Below, in pieces: positions 1 through 12,435 of a stretch of 64,000 nucleotides of DNA. The notes under the pieces are model-generated. The model was not told the DNA's origin. It made no database searches and saw only the letters and a list, made by a program, of their open reading frames with translations. The number at the start of each line of letters is the position of its first letter. Position 1 is the stretch's first letter. Position numbers and translations under genes: made by a program. This DNA comes from Vezdaea acicularis. Its lineage: Eukaryota. The stretch lies in NCBI GenBank assembly GCA_026025075.1, contig JAPEUI010000019.1:62001-126000 (forward strand), given 5' to 3'.

Positions 1-1681
1 GTATTTCAAAGCCTTCAAGACAAGGCTGTCGAGCAGCTCCGGCTGTCAATTCAGTCTAATTCTAATGCAGCAGACTTTCTAGAGCAAAAGGCTGTGACCG
101 AAGCTGCTCAATTACCCTGGCTTCTTCGAAAGCTTGACATGTTAGGACTACCATTTCAAAAGGACAAGTTTCTCTGCGACACAATTGAATTGGCAGTTCT
201 GACGCAATTACGGGAGCTCAAACATCGATCGAGGATCTATGTGGAGAACGCAGTCACCGTATACGGTATAATGGACGAAACAGGCTACTTAGAAGAAGGA
301 GAGGTCTATTGCTCTGTCCAACGTTCGACAAATCGCATAGAAGTTATCGAAGGTACTATAGTTGTGACTCGTTCACCAGCTTTGCATCCCGGAGATGTCC
401 AGATAGCGCAAGCCGTCAACGTTCCGGCAAGCTCGCCTCTCAAAGAGCTCTACAACTGCGTTATATTCAGCCAGAAAGGTGGTAGAGATCTACCGAGCAA
501 GCTCAGTGGTGGTGACCTTGATGGAGATCTTTACAACATTATCTATGATAGAGGATTGATGCTCAAGTTTCGATCCGAGCCAGCTGATTATCCACGGGTG
601 GAGCCAATTAACATAGGCAGGCCTGTTGAAAGGGACGATATGGCTGAATTCTTCATACAGTTCATGGAGAATGACCAGTTGGGGAGAATAGCCACAATTC
701 ATCAAATCATAGCAGACCAGTCTCCCAATGGAACGCTGGATGAGAAATGCTTAACACTGGCAAACATGCACTCAACGGCAGTAGACTTTTCGAAGACCGG
801 GGTACCAGTAAGCCCCTGGCTCTCCAAACATGGTCACTAATAAGCTTCTGACTATACGGTTTACAGGTCGACATGTCGCAACTTCCGAAATATAGTCCAT
901 GCCGTCCAGATTTTATGGCTACTGGCCCCACTGTCGATATCCTCGAGGGCGTGCACTTCAAAGATTTGCCAGATGACGAAGGTGATGGCCAGCGAAAAGA
1001 GTCTGAGATGGGAGATGAAACCTTCCAGTTTTCTTACTACGAAAGTGAAAAAGTCCTGGGGCAGCTATACCGAGCAATCAAGGAGAAAGAATTTTTTCAA
1101 GAGCTGCAGAACGAATCAAAGCGTGCTCATAGTGCAGACCCGGGAAAGAGCATCATGGATGCCATATGGGAATACGTCCAGAGAAGAACTGCCGGATTTC
1201 AGTGGCGACATTATATTCAAGAGGCCATCGATATCAGGGAAACGTAAGTCTTCCATTCGACCGGATGCGCGAAAGCCTTTTATAAGTCGAGGGTTTGATA
1301 TTGACCATCATACTCTATAGATACGAAAAGAATCTTATCGACCATATGTACAATTACTCAACACATCCTTCCTTCCACCTAACCGAGCTTGAAGTCTTCG
1401 CTGGTAACGTAATCGGCAAGGCTGGCGCTCAGAATAAACGCCAACGTGAAAACTCCATGGACATGAGGGAGAAGTTCAACCGAGACCTTTACTTTATTCG
1501 AGACTACATAAGGTACGGCAGCTCAGAAGAACTGCATGATCCGCTGGAGCGCTCCATAGCTTGTCTGTCTTTAGCGGTGGAGCAAGAGAGACGGAAATGG
1601 CCCAAAGTAGGCTGGCTTAAAAGCTTCGGGTGGGTGGCTGCTGCGGTGTGCTTGAAGGAGGTGGAAAGTGAATTGGGGTAA
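1..1681 (+). CDS. RNA-dependent RNA polymerase (eukaryotic RNAi type), 5'-partial
   Basis: Motifs VTRSPALHPGD, YNCVIFSQKG and catalytic LSGGDLDGD. Introns at 808-866 and 1244-1320 join the ORFs in frame; stop TAA at 1679-1681. The frame is open at the window start. Confidence 0.95.
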
Positions 1682-2180
1682 GTGACAAAGCAATGACCGA
1701 TCTTAGATCATACAACTGGGCTTTGGCTTCGGAAGCATTATTTTGACCTCGACTGCGCGCAAGAGCTGTTAAGGTCGTGCGAAGGTCTCCATAGTATTTT
1801 CAGATTCCAGGGGGGGGAATGGTATTCGTTTGACGCAACGAGCTTTCATGTCAATTAAGAATAGATGATACACAGCTGACGACTTGCTCTGACTTTGAAC
1901 TTTTGCTCGCAATCGCCTGGTCGTGTTGAGAAAAGGTTATAGAAAGTCGATAGATCTACAATGGCACAGTCCATTCCTCATCACGCGCGTATAAACGGAA
2001 AAAAGGCTGTGGTGATACTCACGCCATTTTAAACTCAATTGGTAGTTGCAATCGGATTGCAAAGTACGTTCGGACATCCCCTTTATCTCGTGCCACCTTA
2101 TCCGGGGAATATCATTTGACCAGATCAGGGATGAATGGTGGTCTAGGAGATATATTGCCAATTAAGACACTTAAATTTTC

Positions 2181-2260
2181 AGTCCCGTAGTTTAGTGGTT
2201 ATGACGTCTCGTTCACAGATAGGCCCCGAGAAGATGTGGGTTCGATTCCCACCGGGACTA
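2181..2260 (+). tRNA. tRNA-Val (anticodon CAC) with a short intron at about 2218-2225
   Basis: Acceptor stem AGTCCCG/CGGGACT, discriminator A, D-loop TAGTGGTTA, anticodon stem TCTCG/CGAGA with TT-CAC-A loop, T-arm GTGGG-TTCGATT-CCCAC. Confidence 0.92.
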
Positions 2261-2277
2261 TATCTTATCTACAATTC

Positions 2278-2283
2278 TTTTTT
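2278..2283 (+). terminator. Pol III oligo-T terminator of the tRNA gene
   Basis: T6 run about 17 nt after the tRNA 3' end. Confidence 0.65.
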
Positions 2284-2593
2284 GTTTCTTGGTAGCTGGG
2301 TTGGTCATTGACGTTTATCACCAGGGGATGGTAGAGTGTACTGCAGGTAATACAAGCAGTCACTCTTGCGGGTCGGCTATGGGAGCAACAACTCGCAACG
2401 CTAAACGGCCAATGCATGCGACCCTACGATAATATCGCGTGAGACCTAGAGAGCAATCTGGTCAGCTTGCGCAAGCTTGGCCGCACCTCAGCTATCACCG
2501 ATCGACCCTTCCGTTTTGCCCTCAGACAAAATTATCCACGGCTCCTTAGGCCCAACAACAAAATTAGGACGAGATTACTTTGCATGCGCTCCA

Positions 2594-4884
2594 ATGTCCG
2601 GCCGATTCGTGCGCGCGTCGAAATATCGTGAGCTGCCCCTCAATTGCAGTTGCGCATGCGATCTCAGATGCTAACATTGAGGAACAGGGCATGTCTTTGG
2701 GCGGCCGACCAGAAAGGTGGGCCGAATCGTCCTGTCCGGCTCGATATTTGCTCATCTATCCTTCCTAGGAATCATGCTACGATGGGCTGAGAATATCCAC
2801 CAATGCCTGGGACTCGAACATCGTGAAGGTTGGTACATCGCAAGGTCATTCACTTCCATATCAATAGCTGATGGGCCTGTCAGGCTAATCCAACCTACCT
2901 CTCGGTAAATTGGGAGGCAAGTGGAGGAGGCGCCTTCGCCGTCATCCCTCTAAATGAGAAAGGGAGGCTACCAGAACATATCCCACTTTTCCGAGGGCAT
3001 ACTGCTGTCGTGCTAGACACCGATTGGTGATTCAAGGTCCCATGACAAGTATGAATCGCAGCTCTAACTCAGATGCAGGAGTCCATTTAATGACTCTCTG
3101 ATTGCCTCGGGCTCGGACGATGGAAAGGTAAGACGAAAAGCAAGCTCGAGTGTTAACATCGCTAATCCCACATAGGTCTTTATTTGGAAAGTCCCGGAAG
3201 GCTTCACCCTATACTCCGACGCAGAAGAACCTTCAGACGTATCCCCAGTCAGTAGATTGATAGGCCATACGAGGTACGCGCACACATTGACCTGCAACTG
3301 TCCAGTCTAATGATGGCACAGGAAAGTGGGTCACGTCCTCTTCAATCCAGCAGCCGAAAATGTTCTAGCAACCAGCTCAGGCGACTTTACAGTCAAGCTA
3401 TGGGACGTTGAGAGTGGCGCAGCGAAGCTGAAACTCACTCATGGCGATATCGTACAAAGTCTTTCATGGAGCGCAGACGGCTCACTCCTCGTGACAACAT
3501 CTCGAGACAAGAAGCTAAGAGTATGGGACGTACGTCAGCAGAAGCCAGCGCAAGAGGTTCAAGGTCACAATGGTGCAAAAAGTAGTCGGGCTGTCTGGAT
3601 GGGTGAACATGATCGGATCGCAACAACGGGCTTTTCGAAGATGAGCGACCGACAATTAGGCCTATGGGACGTGCGTGCACCGCGAGAGCCGATGAATGGA
3701 TTCCAAGTTCTAGATTCAATATCAGGCGTCTGTATGCCATTCTGGGATGATGGGACGCAATGCTTGTATCTGGCAGGAAAGGGGCAAGTTGCTTGACTCA
3801 GCCCATGTATCAAAGCGCTAACATGTTTAGTGATGGAAACATTCGATACTTCGAATATGAGAACGACAAATTTGAGTTTCTCTCGGAGTATAAGTCTGGT
3901 GACCCTCAGCGTGGTCTCGCTTTCCTGCCCAAACGAGGCATTAATGTTTGTCAGCTCATATCCATCAGCCGTTCTCCTAGCTAACCGGGGACAATCAAGA
4001 CCCACGAGAACGAAGTAGCTCGAGCATTCAAGACGGTCAATGATGCTTACATCGAACCCATCTCGTTCATCGTTCCACGCCGCGCCGAAGTCTTCCAGAA
4101 TGACATATATCCACCCACGGTAGGTGGCAAGCCCGGCGTCTCAAGCAGCGAATGGTTCAGTGGCAAGACCGCGCTTCCGCCGAAGATCAGCCTTGAGAGC
4201 ATTTACGACGGAGACGCACCTGTAGAGATCCCAGCCGAGGTCAAGCCCAGGGCAGCAGTCGAAACCGCACCGGTAAAGGCGACACCGAAAGCCGCCGAGC
4301 CCGTGCCGAAAGCGGAGCCAAAGAAAGAGGAGCCAAAGGCCCCGACAGTCTCAGCCGTGGCACAGAGAGGACCACCGCCAACTATGAAAGAGCAGCAAAG
4401 CTCTATAAATACTATGGTTGACAAATTCCACGATGAAGAATCAGACGAGGAGGATGATGTCGATGACGACTCCAGCTTCGAGGAAGTTCCCAAACCCACT
4501 GAGCGCATCATGCCTAGCTCCACACTTGCCGCCAAGCCAGCCCAGAAACCAGACCCTGTCCCTGCTGCGACAAAGACGCCGACTTCCCCCATTGCCACGA
4601 AAGCCTCTCCAGTGGAGACCTCGAGAGCCGTACCACAGCCAACGAAGCCTACGGCCGCCACATCGACCGACCCGGTCAACGAACCGATCGCCTCGAGCCT
4701 CTCTGAGATCAAATCACTCCTCGAAGCGCAGAACAGGACGATCACGCTGCAGAGCGACAAGATCGGGGCATTGACCGCCGAGGTGGACACTCTAAAGACG
4801 CGGATGGGCGAGGCGAGGACCGGGAGGGAGAAGGATGAACGGATAAGGCAGCTTGAGTTGGAGCTGGAGATGCGAAAGAGCTAA
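2594..4884 (+). CDS. CRN1: Coronin (WD40 actin-binding protein), multi-exon
   Basis: Spliced N-terminus MSGRFVRASKYRHVFG, WD repeats, DGNIRYFEY, SFIVPRRAEVFQ and a C-terminal coiled coil. Includes a GC-AG intron at 3784-3830. Confidence 0.95.
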
Positions 4885-5144
4885 GCGCTAGGAATTGGAA
4901 GACTATTGTGGCATATTCATTTAGGTGCGCAGGTATGTGCAGTTGCGGGTGGGTCGATACCTGCTGGTCAGCGGCTACAAATAGTGATACTGGGCATTTT
5001 CCCATCGATGATTACTCTATTAGTTTTGCCCATTTCTCTGGCCATCGCGTCCCCATTGATTAGAGTAGTGATACAATGCGTATGTACAGCTTTACCCCTC
5101 TATTCGGTACAGGTATTTTCCATTTGCACAAGGGTATGAACGGT

Positions 5145-7037
5145 CTATATCAGGGCCTGCCCCTTAAACATGCCCTCCCTAACCTCCCTCACAACGTCCC
5201 TCCGGTCGTCCTTCCCTACAAGCACGATTCCTCTTCCTCTCCTCCCCATCCGGCCCGTCCTCCCTAGACGATGTATGAAATCAATAGTTGAATGCGGCAC
5301 ATCATAAAGCACCACATGCCTGACCGCCAACGTATCGATTCCCCTCGACCCCAAATCCGTCGCAACAAGCACCTTTGTAAGCGGCAGGGTCCTCCTTGGC
5401 TGCGCCGGAGCATTCAGGGGCACGAACGTCCTCGCATCGTCCTGCGCAAGCGGGACCGCATTATCGTCGGGCTTCTCGGGCGCCGGGTTTGTGAATGAAG
5501 CGAGGATCTCGGACTGCCGCTGCTCCGGCGTATCTCTGTTCAGCGCTACAGCGTCGACGCCCTTTGAACGCAGATATTCGGCAACTTCGACGGTCTTCTC
5601 GCGCTCGTTTGCGAACACGATGATGCGCTTCACGTCGAGCTTGTCTTTTTCGACTTTGCCGTGCGAGATGGAGTAGTCGGCGGCCGCTTTGCCGATCTGC
5701 CATATAGTGTCGGCGCATGCGAGGTTCTTGTTGCCACGGTAGGGGTCTTTCTCGACGTCGACGACGCCGAGCTGAACGCGTCGCGGGATGGCGTGTAGAT
5801 TGGGCGTTACGAGTCGCTGAATGTCAGGGAAGCGTTGCCGTAGGTAGCCGTCCAGACTGCGGGGGATGGTGGCGGAGCAAAGGATTAGTTGGCGAAGGGA
5901 GGGTGTGGCTTTATCGATAATGGCTGATGTGTTGGGCGCGAAGGAGCGGTCGAGTAGAGAGTCTGCTTCGTCGATGACGAGGTGAGTCACACGGCTTAGG
6001 ATGTTTGGGTCGTTTTCGGCGATGCTGGCAAGGAGATGGGGTGTCGAGACTAAGACGTCTATACCCGTTGGGGCGAAGAGGCGGTTTCGAATTACACGTC
6101 CGGAGTAGGCAGAAGAGATGAGCGCGGAACGATACTTGACCGTGTGAGATAAGAGCTTGGTAACATTTCCAACCTGAGTAACCAGCTCGGAGGTTGGGAG
6201 AAGGATAATTGCTCGAGGACGACCGGTAGTAGGATGCGGTTGATTGGTAGTGTCGCCAGGGTCAAGCTCGAACGAGTTTCGAGACCTCTCCTCCTCTCTT
6301 ATTGTTTCTTCCTGTCCCATCTTACCAGCCTCTAGCATCTCAGCACGCTTGACAGCATCAATTGTCGGAAGAAGATATGCGAGCGTTTTGCCTGACCCTG
6401 TCTCAGCTGCAAGTAGATATTGCTGCATCGCAGGTTTGGACTCATCGGGACTTGATCTCAAGTGTGACTTCCTCCCCCTTTCTTTGCTACCTAGCAGAGC
6501 TGGTATAGCCAACCTTTGAATTGGTGTTGGAGAAATGTCGTGAAGGCCGCTCAAAGCTTGGGTCGATATGGACTCTTGTATGGTCTGGAGAAGGGGGAAT
6601 TGTTGGAAGGAGTCTAATTCTCGAAGACGCTCCTTTGTCGAAGTTCTTTGCTTGTACGTGATCGGGGTCAATGCTCTCTGCATCTTGAGCGCATGAAAGC
6701 CCTCCTTTCTGTGGCCCTTCTCAACTTTCTCGCGACCAGCCAAATGCCGCTCTTTAGGATGGACACGTCGCTCAGGGGTCCCCCGAATCCGAGCCTGGGT
6801 TTGATTTAAAGCACCAAATGGACTGGCACTTGGTCTTCTAACTGGCTTTCCGCCTTGTGCTTTTTGAGGCGGTGGTTGAGAGACTCGTGGAGATAGGGAC
6901 ATGCGTGAGGGAGCTCTCTTGCGGAGCTGCGACAAGGGCCTTGCTGCGCGCCATGTTGGATTATTATAGAGCCTTCGAGGGATGAAGTGTTTAGAGAGAA
7001 GACATATTGGACATATGGAAGAGAAAGGCTGGAACAT
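5145..7037 (-). CDS. MRH4: Mitochondrial DEAD-box RNA helicase
   Basis: Single 630-aa ORF with PTPIQ, AETGSGKT, DEAD, SAT and HRLGRTGR motifs and an Arg-rich presequence-like N-terminus. Confidence 0.88.
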   Translation of the reverse strand: MFQPFSSICPICLLSKHFIPRRLYNNPTWRAARPLSQLRKRAPSRMSLSPRVSQPPPQKAQGGKPVRRPSASPFGALNQTQARIRGTPERRVHPKERHLAGREKVEKGHRKEGFHALKMQRALTPITYKQRTSTKERLRELDSFQQFPLLQTIQESISTQALSGLHDISPTPIQRLAIPALLGSKERGRKSHLRSSPDESKPAMQQYLLAAETGSGKTLAYLLPTIDAVKRAEMLEAGKMGQEETIREEERSRNSFELDPGDTTNQPHPTTGRPRAIILLPTSELVTQVGNVTKLLSHTVKYRSALISSAYSGRVIRNRLFAPTGIDVLVSTPHLLASIAENDPNILSRVTHLVIDEADSLLDRSFAPNTSAIIDKATPSLRQLILCSATIPRSLDGYLRQRFPDIQRLVTPNLHAIPRRVQLGVVDVEKDPYRGNKNLACADTIWQIGKAAADYSISHGKVEKDKLDVKRIIVFANEREKTVEVAEYLRSKGVDAVALNRDTPEQRQSEILASFTNPAPEKPDDNAVPLAQDDARTFVPLNAPAQPRRTLPLTKVLVATDLGSRGIDTLAVRHVVLYDVPHSTIDFIHRLGRTGRMGRRGRGIVLVGKDDRRDVVREVREGMFKGQALI

Positions 7038-7652
7038 AGCCTCATTTATACACGCTCTGCGACCTTTGACGGCAGCGCAAGAATTTAACCGTAGCTACAT
7101 TCCAAACGAAAATCAAAGCCAAGACCCGAGGTCAGTGCCAAGACTCGCTTGCAGGGATTATCTTGAAACCAGGGTTCGTTACAGGGGAGATCGCTTGTCA
7201 TTGGTCCGTGGTGCCTCGCTTCCTAGGCGAATCCTTTATGTTTTGGCCTCTGTTTACACTGGCAACACCCCTCGCTTTGCACCACGCCCGTTAAGTGAAC
7301 TGGTACGAGCAACTTGATCATCCTTTTGCAACACTCAGACCACCTCTTTCGCGATGTTCTCGCTTTTAGTTATTCGCAGAACTAGTTGATGCTTGCGGCT
7401 CCTCCATCTTTGATAGAGACTTATTTGCTTCTAGCCACTGGTTGTCACTACACGTGGAATTTACCAAGTTCAGCCACAGCAAGACTGGGCTTCCACATTC
7501 CTCACACTCCTCCCTTACATCTACACAGCCGAGCGACAAAGCTACCGATTTGCACTGAGTACTACTGTGTAAGAAATCAGGTGTGGGTGTCAGAGTCATT
7601 CAGACCATCTGAAGGTTCCAACGACATCTTGGAATCCTTTGGGTAGGTCAAA

Positions 7653-10600
7653 ATGCCTGCTCAAGCGGTACGACGCCACGAATCTTTCTGCCTTAAGAGG
7701 CAGCGCTCTACTTTCATAGCCCGGGCCAAGAAACGCTCTTCTAGTTTACTGACATTTGGCAATATTGTGCAGGTCCAGCCGCTACGCATTCAGAAAAGCA
7801 CGCCTACGTCTTCTCCTACCAAGATGAATGGCGCATCGGCGCAGCGTCCCCTGTCGGAGATTAATCCGATGGAGCGGCGACGCAACTCTCCAAGCTTTAA
7901 TCAGATCTCAAAGGTAAGTCGTCAGAAACCCAGTTGAGATGACTCTGGAGAGATGAAGCTCACATTTCCAATTTCAGAAGCCACTGTTTAGCGGCGAGTC
8001 CTCACCGTTTGACTCTTCACCGTTCAACCCATCTGCGCAGAACTCTCCACGGCTGTTTTGGCAGGGTCGGGACCCATCACCCAAGCGCGAGAACGAACAA
8101 ACGGGTGGTCGAGACAGTTCTCCATCTCCAACTCGGCGTTCATCAATTGAGAACCTCAAGCGCGCATCCCGTGTAAAGAATAGCAATATGTTCGCTCGAG
8201 AACAGCAACTGGAATACGATCCCGCCTCTGTACCATTTCTAGAGAGACCACTAGCTAGTGGTCGTCCCCTAAGCACGCAAGTTCAAGGCAATGCCTACAG
8301 TGGACGTGGGATTGATGGATTACGTGAAGAGACTAGCTCGCCGTTCAGAGCCCATCGGAGAACTGACACTGAGACTAAAGTGCCAATACTCACTCCCACC
8401 AAAGTTCAAACCGGCGGAGCTCACAAGACCCCATCTTTGACCTCCCCACGGAAAGACCAAGTATCCCCAACCAAATCATCCCTCTCGAAGAACGGAAGGT
8501 TTACCGCCAACCCACCAAAATACGACCCCGAGAGTGGGACTTGGTCAGAAGAAGAATCCTCAGCTGAGAGGCAATTACCACCTGGTCGTGTGCTTCATCG
8601 GCACGCCAAGAGCGTAACATTTGATGCTGCGCCTCCGCAGATAAATGAGTACGAGATGACCACACCAGACCCCTCTTCAGTTGCTTCTGGCTCTCGTGAC
8701 GGAAGCTACGACTCAGGTGAAGAGGATTTGAGCTTTGAGCATGATGTGAGTCACGATGATAGCTTTGATGCCTCCTTAGAGGATACGGAAAAGACTCCAG
8801 TAGTAGGACCAGAAGAATGGCGTCGTCTTAGCCTTGGGATGTCCCATGCTACTTTCTCTGGAGAGCTCGAAGACCCCTTCGTTGGTGAACGCAATAGTCC
8901 TATGCCCGGCGCTGAGCCCAAAGTCGCCGAAAATGGTCGGGTAACACCAAGAAATGACTCCGGGGGCTCGAGCGGAGAGCGAAGACCATTGCCACCCCTG
9001 CCAGGGCTAATGGGATCTCTCACCCAGCCTGCAGGCGGCTCCCCAAACGGGTCCACCATCACTATGGAAAAACATAATACTCCTGAGCGGAAACTTCCTT
9101 CTCCACGGCCAGTGTCTATAACAGAAACCGATCTTAAGGGCATAGAAAGCGACAGAATGTCCCTGGAGGACAGGATGCGGCTTATGATGATTCAAGATGG
9201 GGGAAGCTCACCTGAGTCACAACGCGAGAGGCGAATGCGCAGAGCTGGGGCAAGAGAGAAAAGTCAAGAACGTGACCTTGATGGTACTCAAGGTATCAAG
9301 ATCCACGAAGACGAGGAGGACAAGGATCAACTTCCTGATATGGACGAGCATATGCTCCCCCCTCGTATATCAAGAGAATCAATCCTACGAAAAGTCAAGG
9401 ATCAACGTCAGTATCATGATGATGTAGATGAGTATTACACGTCTCCTACCCCAAGTTCTAGCCCAGATAGGAAGAGCACGTTCGACCTCGATCCAGACAC
9501 GCCACTTCCGTCTCGCGAGCTTGACATCGCTGTCGAAGACATGGATACCAGCGTTATAATCAAGAGAGAGCAAGATACCGAAGAGAGTCGGCTTGATCTA
9601 TACTCTGTTCCAGCACTTTATCCATCGGAGCAGGAGTCAGGGGTGCCACAATATGACGAAGAAGATTCCGTCATTCATCATGATTTGTCCAAAGATGACG
9701 ATGATGAAAGCCATTACTCTCAACCCTCCGCCGCAGAAGAGACTTATGAGGTTCAGGCTAAGGCCGATTCCAACGATGATGGTATCATGACACCACGACA
9801 AGCGAGCCCGATTTCACGACAACCTGAAGAAGTAGCGGATGAAGGCAAGGATTTGTCGCTCCCTCAATTCGCCTCAATCCTAGGAGAGGATGACTTCGGC
9901 CTCAGTCTAAGTTCTTACATGTCTCCACCTCCTGAATCAACTCAGGAGACAAAAATGGCCGGATTGGCTCCTAATATGGCATCCATGCGCGACTATCTTC
10001 AGCGACCACACACTCCAGAGGAGCCCCTAGATGAGTTCAAAGATCTAGAGGAGAAATTGAATAGAGAACAAGAATCTAGCACGCCCGATTCAGTGCTTCG
10101 GCATGATGCTAGGTTTGAACCACCACCACCAGAAGATTCACCAAGCGTTCCAGAGCCTGTTGCAACCATCAAAGCACCCGGCGGGAGACTAAAGACACGT
10201 CCATCGGTAACGCCCGCAGATATGACCGCAATGGCTGCTGCTAGACGTCAAGTCAGTGGCGAGGTACCTGACGTACCGCCTATTCCGGCCCGTCACAAAG
10301 ACCGCCCTCCTCTGACCGTTTCAGAAGAAACAGATAGCATGCTCATAGCTGATTCTACCGTAAACGAACTCACGGAAGCCGAGAATGGCGTGGCTTTAAC
10401 TAAGATTGAAATGAAGCGGCGGCAGAGTCTTGTCAAGCTTGATATGCCTGTAGATGATCATGTTGGAGACTTGAGCATTGGGCTCGACCAGGAATTTGAT
10501 CGTTTGATCGAAGCCCAAAAGGTGGCGTTTGAACTTTCATTGTCTCAAGCCGGATATTACGGACATTCTTTTGATGCCAAAGACCCCCTCGCTAACAGAT

Positions 10601-12435
10601 ATATGCAACGACAGAGAGGTTATCTCATGCGCCAGAACACCAAGGTTATTGTCGCTAGTAGCAACAATGAAGAGGGCGCTCCTAGCACGGTTGATACTCA
10701 TGACAAGTCTGTTCGTGATACTCGCTCTGCAGGCAACTCCCCCCGGAAAGCTAGTCACGATAGGACCAAGTCTTGGACTACCGAGCCTTGGAACGGTAAG
10801 ATGCGACGTAAGAGTATCAAAGATGCAGGAAGCCCAAGAAAAAAGCCAGTAACGGGTCCTGTTCCTCCACTTCCGGGAAAGGAAAGCAATGTTCACATTG
10901 GCCTCGATTCTGTAGCTGAGAACGAGGTTACTACTGACACTGCAGACGACAGCGAGGGTCGCGGAAGACTGTTTGTAAAGGTCGTTGGTATCAAAGATAT
11001 GGACCTCCCACTTCCTAAAGGCAAGTTCTGATCGTATTCTGAAAGCTTGAATACTAACAATTCAACAGGAGAACGAACATGGTTCTGCCTTACACTCGAT
11101 AACGGGCTTCATTGCGTCACTACGTCGTGGCTGGAACTCGGCAGGAATGCACCAATCGGTCAAGAGTTCGAACTAATCGTTCAGGATGACCTTGAGTTCA
11201 TGTTAACCCTTAATACAAAACTCGAGAAACCTGCGCCGAGGCCGGTAGAGTCCCCAACTAAGAGTGTGAAACCTCAAACCCGGTCCGCATTCAGCCGCGT
11301 CTTTGCGTCTCCCAGGAAGCGTAAAGAACTGGAAAAGCAGCAAGAGGATGATCGACGCACTTCCCGTCAGCAGCAAGATGCTCAAGCTCGAAGACTAAAT
11401 GCTGAGCCAACTGCTTGGGACCTTATGCATACGCTCGTTGCTACCGATGGTAAAGAAAAGGGAAGCTTTGCTCGATCATACGTCTGCTTGAAGGATCATG
11501 AGAACCGGTGTTTTGGACGGCCATATACTGTCGATATTACCTGCTTCAACGAGTGGGCAACTGAAGAAGTCTCCAGCGTTGGGGGCAACAGCAAGAACAA
11601 GCGTGGCGGTAGCATTGTTCAACGGCGAGCTCCGTACAGAATCGGCAAGCTCGAATTGCAACTTCTCTTCGTTCCGAGACCAAAAGGTGCGACCGACACG
11701 GATATGCCAAAAAGTATGAACTCATCCATTCGTGAGATGCGGGAGGCTGAAGCCAGTGCGACTCGCACGTGGGAGGGGTGCCTCAGCCAGCAAGGTGGCG
11801 ATTGTCCTGTAAGTAGTCCAGCATGCCCTGTGTTCTATCACACTGACACCCTTTAGTTCTGGCGTAGACGCTTCTTCAAGCTCGACGGAAGTAAATTGAC
11901 GGCTTATCATGAAGCTACACGCCAGCCACGAGCCACCATCAACCTCGCTAAAGCATCTAAGCTCATCGACGACCGTTCCTCGCTAGTCAATCAGAGCGGC
12001 ACCTCTCCCACAAAGTCCAAAGGACGTCGTAAGAGTGCATTCGCCGAAGAAGAAGAAGGCTACATGTTTGTCGAAGAAGGCTTTCGCATCCGCTTTGCCA
12101 ACGGCGAGGTAATCGACTTCTATGCTGACTCCGCCGCCGACAAAGATGGTTGGATGAAGGTCCTTAGCGAGTGCGTTGGCAAGGAGAGTACCGGGCGAGG
12201 ATGGACGGAAATGGTGTTGAAGCGTGAGGCGATGCAGGGGGGTAATGCCATCACGCAGGGCGACCGGAAGGATCTCAGCCCAAAGAAGAAGCGCAGAGAG
12301 CAGAGTTTCCCTTCGCAGCCTGTCACGCAGCCGCTGCCACCCCTCGCAAAGGATCCTGCTGGGAGCATGGGCAGTCCGATCAAAGAAAGAAGGGGGCGGA
12401 TGGGAGGGGTCCAGCCAAAGAGTATGATCTTCTAG
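7653..12435 (+). CDS. BUD4: Anillin-related septation and bud-site protein (anillin homology region plus C-terminal PH domain)
   Basis: HAKSVTFDAAPPQ, GRLFVKVVG, LTLDNGLHCV, WEGCLSQQGGDC/FWRRRFFKL and FANGEVIDFYAD motifs. Introns at 7668-7772, about 7914-7977, probable 10522-10614, 11021-11068 (GC-AG) and about 11808-11856. Confidence 0.88.
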
